NCBI GenBank assembly: GCA_964016885.1
Contig: OZ024746.1
Span: 18,042,001 to 18,106,000 of the forward strand
Direction of reading: 5' to 3'
Source: Eledone cirrhosa
Lineage: Eukaryota
Length of the DNA stretch: 64,000 nucleotides
Shown in pieces: positions 19,509 through 31,500 of this stretch (its first letter is position 1; each line of letters opens with the position of its first letter). A model generated the notes under the pieces. The model did no database searches, was not told where the DNA came from, and worked only from the letters and a program-made list of their open reading frames with translations. The position numbers and the translations under genes are program-made.

Positions 19509-22500
19509 TCGTGGAAGCTATATATATATATATCTCCGTTATATATGGAAGCTATATATTATATATATATATATATGCAAAAGTTCTATTTAAATTGTTG
19601 GGATACAACAAGCAAATATTTTTATAACTGATATAAAGCACTCGACAAGTATTTGGAGTAAATATACGATATTAACAAATGGAAACTATATTTATAAAAC
19701 CATATTTATCCTTGATGTCTTCCAAAAGTAACGGTTGCATTTTCAAAAGGGTACGTCAAGCCAAAATCAGTTCTGTGTGAACAAAACAGTCCTCCAACCT
19801 GGCTTGTCTAACCCATGTTAACATGGAAAATGTACTTTAAATGATGTTGATGATGATATATAGCAATGATATTGCTTTCTATTAAAAGTTTTTATTTTTT
19901 TTATTTTTATAGATTTTCACAAAGAAGAACATGTAGATGATGGTAATCTACAAAATATATCTCATTATATGGGGTAAGTAATTTGTACAAAAGTCAAATA
20001 TATAATTCTTGTAAAAAACAGCAACAAAAAACACCCATCGAAAGCACTATGTATCTGATTGTTTCAAGCTGCTAAATTGGTAGAATTCCCAAATGTCACT
20101 ATACAGGTTTTCTATCAAAATATTGTGTATTATTGTGTTGTGGGAAAGCTGTTGAAACGACTCCTGCCAACATAAAGCAGTAATGGGAGTAATTTTCAAT
20201 CAATATAGTCATGTTACAGGAACTCATATTATTTGTATAGTGTGTGTGTGTGTGTGTGTGTGTTAAGTGGAAACATTTTGTCATTGTGTATTATAAAGAA
20301 AAGCAGACTATTAACACCACTTGACATGATTTGCTCACACACTTTGTTTTGCTGACCTGAAATATCATACCTTACTTTTGTCCACCAATCTCATCCATCA
20401 CACCCACTCTCAAACTTGACCCTTATATATAAAGTGTCAAGTCTTTATTTTTGTGTTACAATAGGGGTTATATAGTCAAGTAGTAACAATAACTTTGTCT
20501 TTAATGTGATTGTATCAGAGATAGAGATAAAGTTAAGTTGAGAGAGAAAGTTGCAGCTTGCTTCCTGGTCTCAGTGTTTTCTGTTCATATCACATCTAGG
20601 CTGACTTAATTCATGTTTAGTTGACTTTAAAGACATCTTTGTATTGCTTACACTGCCCACCCAGTGACCGCTCCCCCTTGACCAGGTGGCTGAATAAGAC
20701 AGCCTTGGAGATACACTCATTACCCATAAACAACACATATCCATCCCAATGCAGCTGTGCTCACAGGGTGATGGCCTTGATGCAGGTGATGTTGCATCAT
20801 CACAGGATCTTCTTCCAGGTTATATTACTGATGATCTTCCTGAGGCAGTAGTTTATTGTTAATAGTGTATCTAGGACTATACAATTGAATGAGGCTATGT
20901 AAAATATTGTGGGTGTTGCCCTATCTCCTCTAACATATTACTGTACTATCCTCTCACCATAGACTAAGCTAAAGACTGCCCTGTCTCTAACACATTACTG
21001 TACTGTCCTATCTCTAACATATTACTGTACTATCCTGTCTCCATTGACTAAGCTATTAAAAAAGGGAAATTAAAAAAACAAAACATTTTAAAGTTCTGTA
21101 TTTTTTTCTGCAAATTATTGGAAACTCTTTCTAATGTCCACAATTCAATTGTGTAGAGTGCACCTCCTCCTCATCTTCTTTTCTCTACTAAGTAGAATGT
21201 TGATTAGCCTCAAGACAGCTTTGCTGAATCAGAACAATGATTAAAGGAATATAAGCCATAGCAAATCCCACCACCTCTTCCTGGAATCACATTACCATCC
21301 AATGAGCCCTGTTTTTATAGGCTGCTATTTCTAGAAGGTAATAGCTTCCTCATTGGTTTAAGTCAGTTGACGTAGATGTATTATGTAACTTGCTCAGGGA
21401 TATAATGTAATGCCGGTAGCATATTGTTTTGCTTTTCTTTAACTCCATATCTTAATATTTAATCAGTTAGTTTGGAAAGTATAAAGTTTAGAAAGAAGAC
21501 TACAGTACAGACGTTATATTTTTCACATATCTATAGTAAGAACTGGCACAAGTCCAATATGACTTCTACATATTTTAGAAATGCTATTTGTTAAAATAAA
21601 ATGGTGTTGCTTGCTTGATTTTCTAATATATTTCACTGTTGTAAATGTAGTTTGTGTAGTTATGAATTTATGCAATTCTCTACTAATTTTACTATTATGT
21701 TTTTAACAGACAATTGGAAAAGCTCCCCCCAAAGTTTTTAGAATGTGATCATCTAGTCAAATTTTTTGCTCCATTAGATTCCAATGGATCTACTTTCCGG
21801 TCAACTGATTTTCATTCAGGTTTGTCCACATATTGAAAAATATATTTTTGGAGCATGTTTTCTTAAAGCTTTTTTTTTTAAATTAGAAATAAGAATCAAT
21901 TTTGATTGGTTTAATATGTATTTTAATTAGTTTAACATGTATTATTCCATGATGGCACCTTTGGACTAGTTTACTGTAGAGTAAAAGAAGAAAAAAAGGC
22001 CAGATGAACTCCTCAGAGTCAACAGCCATCCACCTCAACTTTGAGTTGAATAGCCTTACTAACCCACAAGTGGCCAAGTGTGGTGTGTATGGCTACACTC
22101 CTGACATCACCAAAACTAAACAGAAAGCAGTGGAGGTCAACCAGGGAGGGGTTCTTCCAACATGACTGAGAAGGCTATGGATTGAGTTGCACTATAGAGC
22201 ACTGGCTCTCAAACTTATTTTGTTGTGAAACCATTATATAATAATTTTCCAAAAATCGCAGAACCCTTACCTATATTTTATAGCCAATCCCTTACCACCT
22301 TAATTTTAATAAAGCATTTAATGAAACAAACCTTTTTATAAAGAGAGAATTCACTCATAAAAATACACACAAAAATACATTAAACCTTCAATTTAACAGA
22401 CTAATGGAAGGAATGAGAAGCTTAATTACAATTTACATGAAAACTATATAAAATTATTCAATTATAAGGAATATGTAATTTTTACTTCTAGTTGAAAAAT

Positions 22501-25500
22501 ATTGTCACAACAGTAGTAGTAGTACAGTGTTGTAACAGTTATTTGGTCCGTTAACAAATTACAGTAATATAACAATAAGCCCACCAAAGTTAGCTTTGCC
22601 TTTCATCCTTATGGGGCCAATAAAATGTTGATAAAATAAAGCGCCAGTAATGCACTGGGATCGATTTAAAGGACCCCCCCCCCCCCCAAATAATAATAAA
22701 GAAAAAGAAATTGTTGGCATTGTGCCTAAACCAACCAGAAACTGTTATTTGGTCTGTTAAATTGGTATCCATTTTTTTCCCGGTAATAAATATTCATATA
22801 AAATGTTATTAAAAGATATTTATGGTATGGAACCAACTAACCACTAACTAAAGCAATAGAAATATATCCAATAACAAAACAGTAATTAATGCTGACAACA
22901 AACAAAAACACAACCATTGGCATCAATTGAATGGTGAGAATAATAAAAGCTCCAATCACATGTATAAGGGTGAATGTAAACAAATAGTAAGTGGGATGGA
23001 TGATCACTCTGGTCATCTTCATCTCAAGCCATGTCAAAGACACATCAATATACAGTGCTGCAATAGAAGAAAGGTCATTTTGAAAACTCCACTTCAAAAA
23101 TTTTTTAATGGGACCTGAAGAGAAATACAGTGTGAACTGGATACATTCTCTTGTGCCATCTGCATTAGAGTTGTTGTTAGAATCAGGACTAAAGAGTAAA
23201 GAGACCCCTTTATACAGTATTGATGAGGCACATGGCTTAGTGGTAAGCGTGTTAGATTTATGAACATGATGTGGGTTTGATTCCTGGACTGGGTTGTATG
23301 TTGTGTTCTTGAACAAAACACTTCATTCACATTACTCCAGTATACTTAGCTGAAAATGAGTACCAGCAGCAATAGCTGGGAGTTTAACTCTGTGATGGAC
23401 TGGCATCCTGTCCAAAGGAGAGTCTTGTATTCTCAGTCCCTTCATGCCATGGAAACTGGGGTAAGCACTGGCCTGATGAGTCTCTGGGCTCAGGACAGAT
23501 TTCATACTTTCTACAGGATTAGTTTATATTTAGTTAGATGAGGTGTCTGGGTTGTGACTTGCAGAATCCCCGTTTTGAGAAATGGATTAGCAGCATTTTA
23601 TAATAACACTGATTGAATAATATTTTAGCCAGTAAATGTTGCTTTTTAAAAATAATTTTATCATTAATTATATTTTTTTAATTCCAGCTAATGAACAACC
23701 TGTGATATCTCCATACAATCAGAAGTCTTTCAATACTGCATCTCCCTCAGGTAAATAATAAGTTTTCTCTTTTGAATATTATATATTTTGAATAGTTTTT
23801 GATCTATATACGAGTTAAAATATTAATTTTACTGTTGGTACAGAATAGTTATATGAAGCCTTTGACTCATTTCTCACACACAACATTTAGAATTAGTTGT
23901 AATTAAAATAATTTGATGACTTTCTGTTGCTGTGTTACGAACTGTCCAACCCCTGCTAGCAAAGAAAAGGAAAAACCCCAGATGTAAAATAAAGGATGAT
24001 ATCAATATAATTATGAAGTGGTGTGACAGCAGTAGAGGGCCTATGGAGTGTTGTGACAGCAGTAGAGTGCCTATGGAATGGTGTGATAGCAGTAGAGTGT
24101 CTATGGAGTGGTGTGACAGCAGTAGAGGGCCTATCATGTACTCTTTAGTTACATCCCTTGATTTTCTCAGTATAACTGTCACTGAGGTTAAAACTGTATA
24201 ACATGACCAAAACCATACAGAAAGTGGCAGAGATCAACCAGGGAGGGCTTCTTCCAATAGGAGTGAGAATGCCCTGGATTAGATTGGATGTCGGTCAACC
24301 AGGAAGGGGTTCTTCCAACACGAGCGAGAAGTCCCTTTCATGTTACAAATTCATTTATTTGGTGTTATTGAGATACTTTGATAAATGATTTTTAGGAAAA
24401 TGTAGAGGAGAGAAAGTGGGGAAACTATGCATACCCTTTTAATATCAAACCACCTGAAACCGACCCTGTTTCTACAATGCAAGGCTTGATAAGCTATACT
24501 CCAAACACCAGCTTAATAATGAGAAATTACAAAATCCTTCCAAATTCATGATTATTTTCAAAATTATTTGAGAATCATAGGCAATGTCTTTCATTAGAGA
24601 TATGATGATGAAAGGGTTAAGTTGGTATAAGGGAATATTTCTGAAAATCTTTTATTATTCCTTTTATGTTCTGAGATCAAATAATATTTTAAAATAATTA
24701 TTATTTCTTAGTGATAATATGAAATATGTACCTGTCACTTTTTCAGGGGAAATCAGCAATCGACAACACCATCAATCTACATATTACAATCCACATCATT
24801 CTCAATTATCATCAAATAATTACAGGTAAATGCTTATTTCTCATATGTCTATTCTACTTTTTAATACTGTTGTTACCTATCTTTCTATTTTTCTTCTTCC
24901 TGCAATCCACTCAGTTGTGAAATAAACATGAAAGCTATCAATGATACATAATTTTCTCCAGAGTATAACACACTGGTTGAAATACAGTTTGAACTGCTGA
25001 TCTTGTTGTCAATAGTCCAGCCTTTGTCCCTTTCCAGAAAAGATCTATAAATCAAGCCAGTGTATATTGAGTTAATACCTTTGAAACAGGATTTACACTT
25101 TATCTCAATTATTTTGCTTTTCTTGAGAATCTTTCCTTGAATTTCAGCCATATATTTGCCCATATCTTTCCCCCAAAACAAAATAAAATTTACATTAAGA
25201 TTAGATATAATTGTAGGGTGTAGGATGATGATACTTGTTATAGAGTGTAATTAAAGAAAATATTTGAACTTAATGATATGGAGAATAATAGTACATTTTA
25301 ACCTCAAATCCATTAGTCAGAGTTATTGTATTTATAAGTATTGAAGAGGAATGAAGTTATCTGGACCCAAATCCAAACCTGTTATGGTGAATACACATAA
25401 TTTCAATGAAGGGCTAAAACGTTATGTGAGATGGTGTTATTACATTCTAAATTTTAGTAGTACACATGGAGTTATTTAGATGATCTAATTAGTGCTGGAA

Positions 25501-28500
25501 ATAATTATAGTATAAGAATAGTGAACTCTTCTGATTTTAAACTGCTTGGAACTGTCCCTGGCTCTATAAATCAAAGCTGTTTATTTTAAAGTATTTATGT
25601 GCTATGTCCTTGAGCAAGACACTTCATTTCACATTGCTTCTTCTGCCAGTAGTTGTGACTAGTATATAGCAATGGAAACATTGTTTCCTTGGTCTAATTT
25701 GACGAGCTCTCCCTCAGTGAATAAGGTCTGTGATCTTGTCAATTGATTCCTTCCTCTTTATATTTATCTCAAAACCTTTCATTATAATTTTACCTCAAAA
25801 CCTTTAAGTTTTGTTTTAAACACTTTGCTTACATGGAAGAAAAATGTGGAAGAGTTTCAAAAATCTTGGTTTTAATACAGATTTCTGTTATGTGTTGAAA
25901 CTATTAATGATGAAAATGTCTCTATTTTTTGCTACATATGTATTAATGTTTAATTCAATTATATTTATTGCAGTAACAATAACAATAAAACTATGTTGGT
26001 GAATAACCAGCTGAATGCTCCCTGCCACGGTATCTCTCCAATGTATTCCCCTTCGTCATCACCTCCGCCTGTGGTTGCATCATCATTGCACTCATCATTG
26101 CAGCAGTCCAACAGCCGGTCTGGTTCTCCTGCTAGTGTAGATGGTAGTTCTTCAATAAACTCCAAACACACAAATTTTGAGCCGGAGGTAAGTGTTCGTT
26201 ATATTCTTCTCCTTCCACTTATTCCTGAGAGGGTCATGGGGAGCAGAGTCCTCCAGCAGGTCCTGTCATAAACTACCAACTCCAATTGATCTGGTTGGGT
26301 CCTCAAGTGAAATCAGTCGAGCTCATGGATGTTATCCAACTATCTTGGTCGGGGTCTACCCCTGGGTCTCCTGCTTGTTGGGTTTGCCCATAAAATCAGC
26401 CTAGTAATTCTATCCTGATACATTCTATTATATTGAAAGTAATAATTTTCAGTTACAGTACTGTCATCATATAAATAAATCTTTATAAATGCTTATTTTA
26501 TAGGTTTCTGTTATAAACATTCTGGACCACATGAAACCACATTAGCAAGACATTCTTGTCAAGTACAAAAAAAATAGTATTACTGCACACATTAAAAATT
26601 GAAATTTTTACTTCAGTTTACTGATTTAAACATACAATAAATCACAGACTTTATATGTTCATGAAGAGTAATTGTTTAGTTTTAAGTTCACTAAAAGTAT
26701 CGACTTTTCATATAATCTTTATAAATAAATGTTAAATATAATTATAGATTTTCACCTTCCTTAAATAAAATTTGAAAAAAAAAAAGGATTTTTGTTAAAA
26801 CAATGTGATTTACAATTTTGAATTCCTTTTCTTCTACTGTTATATGATTCCTTCTCTTCTCTCCACTCTCTGTGTCTCTATATATAAAAGGATATAAACC
26901 CCCTTCGGTTTCGAATGACCATAGGCTTTGCACCTAGAAAGTTCCCCTCCAATGCACAAGTCCATGTAAGGTTTTTTTGTGGAAGACCACCTGTCTCCCC
27001 TCTCCACACCACCTATGTTGTCCAAGGGAAAGGCAAAAGCCAATACAGCTTGGCACCAGTGACATCACAACTCATTTCTATGGTTGAGTGAACTTGAGTA
27101 ACATGAAATAGTGTCTTGCTCAAGGACACAACATATTGCCCGGTCTGGGAATCGAACTCACATCTTCATGATTGCAAGCCCAATGCTCTAACAACCAAGC
27201 CATGTGTTCCCTTTTTGTATATATATCCACACACACATACACACACACAGAGTATATAAAGAATAGTGGTATTTTAGTGAGAGACTGAGAGAAAAATTGC
27301 CTTAGTTTATAAATAAGAACTTGAAAGATTCTGTCAGATTGGAAGCTATCCATTTAGGTGTACACTAACTCAGAATGAATGATAATGTTTGTCGATATCT
27401 ATCTATGTACAAGCTATTTCCATGTTATTTCTCTCTTGATTTCTCTTTTTTTTTATCATTTCTGTGGTGAGTTTCATTTTTTAACCCTTTACCATTTACA
27501 TTACTCTATATATATACTATTGTATTTTCACAGTAGTTCTCACATAATATGGAATCTATGAGATTTTGATATTTATTTTGAGAACAATACCTTAACATCA
27601 GTATGAGTGGCTAGTTACAGCCAGTTTGTACAGAAAGAGATGAGAGAATTCTGGCTGGATACGACGGGTATAAATGCTAAAGGGTTAAGGAACATTTCCC
27701 TCTGATTTATCTAGACAAATGTTAAACATTTATTTGTAATATCTCTTCAAACATTTCTGAGTGTACATGGTACAGATCACGCATATTTTTTAGGAAATCC
27801 TGTTAAAATCTATATTAACTTTTATTTCTTACAGTCCAAGGATGAAGAGAAGCTTTATTATCAGGAAATTCCTAAGAACAGTCGGTGAGTATATCAAGGA
27901 TTTATATGTGTGTTCTTACTGAAGGTTTATTGATGACAATACATTTCATTTCAATTAATCTTTTTATGTTTATGTCCCTCCTCAGTGGATAGATTATCAT
28001 AACTAAACTTCTCTGACAGATTAATATCTAAATGAATAAACATAGTTGCCTCTGTTTTTTTAGCAGGTTGCTGTATTTAAGTAGAATTAATTGTGGACAA
28101 TGGAGCTTCAGTATTTTACTTTCATCTGTCTAAAATGTTGGTGTAGTAGTGCTGTCATCATTCTCACAGCCACTTTTTTAGGCAGGCATAACTTGGGTGA
28201 TAGGTGTATGTGAACTGTGATGCTGCATGTAAATGGGACTTGAATACAGAGGTTCTACAACCACTGGAAAGAAATGAGCCGAGCATGCTGTAATAGTAAA
28301 CTAAGAGAAAAGCTGAGCCTAAGACAGATTAGATGGCAATGTACAATAGAGAAGACCTACATTGGTATGGGCATGTGATGCATATGGAAGATGACAGCTG
28401 CTTTAAAATGTACAGGGAACTCCAAGTTTGTGGAAATTCTAGAAATAGACTAAGGAAATTTTGGGATGATGTGATAAGAGCTGACCTCACAAAGCTGAGC

Positions 28501-31500
28501 CTTGACAGCTTCTGAAAGTTATGACTGATGCTAAGTTTCCTAATTTCTGATGATGTCTCATGGTAATCTCAGATATGGAACATTGTCAAGCTACAACCCA
28601 AACACCAGGCTTATGTTTTAAAGCCATAAAATACTTAATGTCTGATCAATTGTTTACATTATATAAAGCTGATGTTTGAGCCACATTAGAGCACTGCTCA
28701 TATAACTGGCACAGAGCAGTTTGAAGACAAATCGCTATGTTTGATTAACAAGGACTCACCAACATGCTATAATCAATCACTCATAAGATGCACTATTTCT
28801 TGCCGTCTCTTCTATTACTATGACTTCTACTTCTCTGATTTCAAAGGTGGATAAACACCACCACTTCCCATATACCTGCTTCTGCTCATTTTCTCATCCA
28901 TTTGTGTCTTCCTACCATCAAACCCTGAATAAAATAATACTCTACTAAATCATTCTGACTCAGAACTTTGATAGTCTGTTATTCCTTTCACAACCATTTT
29001 TTTTTTTACACCCTCGACACCATGCTACAGAGGTTTCAATTAGACAATGACTTCTTACCGGTCAAAGAAGGCTTGCTTAAAGTCCATGAGTGCTGCCTCT
29101 TCTGAATTAAAACCATAATTCTGTTCAGAACTCTGTAACACTGAATAGTTAAATATTGACATTATCCATTTAACTATTTGTAATTTCTCCATGTCTTTTT
29201 TTCAACAATGATGAATTTATAGAAATAACCAATCACATACCTTATTGATTGTATGAAACAGCAAATGTTCAAATTTATTCAAATTTAATTATTGTTATGA
29301 ATATTTCTTTTCATCTAAAGTTTTGTAAAACTAAATATAGAATTTTTTATGCTTTTTTTATCAAATTAATTTTTCCATTTTCTAGTGACAAACGCCATTT
29401 AAATGGTCTAATTGATTATGGTAACCTGCCAGGAATTCCACCGACATTGCAACCTCCACCTGTGTGTTCAGCCAATGCGGGTCTTTCTCATCCCTCTATG
29501 ACCTGGCACCCTCATTTAGCATTGAAGAATTCATATCAGATAGCTTTAACAGGAACAACTGCACATCAGCATCAACACCAGCAGCAACAGCACCATCACC
29601 ATCATCATCACCATCATCATCCACAGCAGCAGGGTCCTCGTGCAGGAATAACACCTCAGTCTGTAGCTGCCAATAACTCTTATTTTATTTTACCATATAT
29701 ACCCCATGCCCCAAATGTTCTTCCTCCAGTATCATCATGTACTGCTGACAGTTCACCTGTTGGTTCTGACTACTGTAGTCAACCACCAAGCCCTGGGGCT
29801 CCATCAGTGACAAACATCACTGCAGTTCCGGCTTCTTCATCTTCAGTTGCATCAGATGATAGTGATAGAGGTAAAAGCTAATTTTTTACTTACAACTATT
29901 CTTTTATGGAATGTAATTTTTTTGGTTGCTATTTTTACTTATCTGTTCACATTTTTTATGAAATATTTTAAGGTTTTATACTTTGTTAGTTTTTCTTTTT
30001 AAAGTATTAAAGATAGTTTGTATTGTTAATTTGTCAAATGAGAAGCCAATAGTAAAGTTGTGATTAAATTTGTGTTAATATCATTTTTCATCTTCTAAAT
30101 TGGAGCTTTCCAAACTTTTCACATTAGAGACAGTTTTTTTAAATAAAATGTTTTGTGACACATTATCCTTTGTTAGGAACACAAAATTAATGAAATTATA
30201 AAAAACTTTTATTAGATTTTTCAGCTCAGTGGCATATTCTTCACTTCACTCTAGTATAGAGATCATCAGAAGCCTAACTTAATAAACAAACAATTACATA
30301 TGTTATGTGTCATTAGTAACATATAATTAATAGATATTTGTAAAAATTCATCAGATTTAACTTAATTTTACATGTGTTTTAGAAACCACTATTTTAAATG
30401 ATGCATACGTTTGGATGGATTTAGAAATATAATTAAATGTCTCATTATTAAGTTGCTGTTTAGAACATAGCAAAGGTTCTTACATACAATTATGATAGAA
30501 GGTTTTTAGATAAGTATAAACACTTTAAAACAAAGTTAAATATTGTTGAACCAGAAGTGGTTTCAAGTGGTTTAATATCAACAGGCAGGGGTTAGTTTTG
30601 CAGGCCCCATAATTTAAAGCTAAAATGAAGGAATATTCTTGGACATGAAAATGAAGTGTTAAAAAAAGAAAAAAAAAAAAAAAAGAAAATGTTTTCTTAT
30701 ATAAATAATTCTTAGAAATTATTTATCTAAGAAAGAATGTGAAAACATTTGTGTTTTACTTTGAATTTTCATATCCAAGAGTATTTGTATTATGTATTGA
30801 ACTATTTTCATGTCAGTATGAGTTGACTGGAAGGTGTGTTGCCTAGTGGTAATGGTGTTGGACTTAGGATCATAATGTCATGGGTTCGATTCCTGCACTG
30901 GGCTATGTGTTGTGTTCTTGAGCAAAACACATCATTTCACGTTCTCCAGTATACTCATCTGAAAATGAGTACTAGCAATAGTTATGGGTTTAACTCGGCA
31001 ATGGACTGCTTCATGCCACTGAAACTGGGATAAACACTGGCCAGATGAGTCTCTTGAGCTCATCACAGATTTTAGATGAGTTGACTGAGTCTACGAATTG
31101 ATAAGGAAATTGTTTTACAAGTTGCATTAACGTTATTTACTGATTATTAACACTACTCACTCGAGTCTGTATGATTGTTCATATATCTGGTAATCCTGTT
31201 AGATATAACATACCAATCATGAACTCCAAAAATTAAATATGGTTAATCCTGTTGCTGTCATTATTGATGGTACTGGTCCACTCCACTAGTAGCAAATAAG
31301 AAAACTAAAACATCCTATTAAAAGTACAATACCATTCTTTGTGGCAACTGATGGTTGGGTACCTTTTTTTATATCTGGATATAATTATAAATGGACATCC
31401 TGAATTTCCTGCAATCCACCAGACTAGTTAATTTATGTTTGGTGGTTTGGAGGTTACTATGTGGCATTGGATTAAATTTTAAATATTTGCACCTCCATAT

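Noticed and set aside
23470-23500. CTGATGAG motif in SINE tails (also ~31043 and ~48765 on the - strand)
   Set aside because: No GAAA or stem III follows the hairpin, so the hammerhead core is incomplete.
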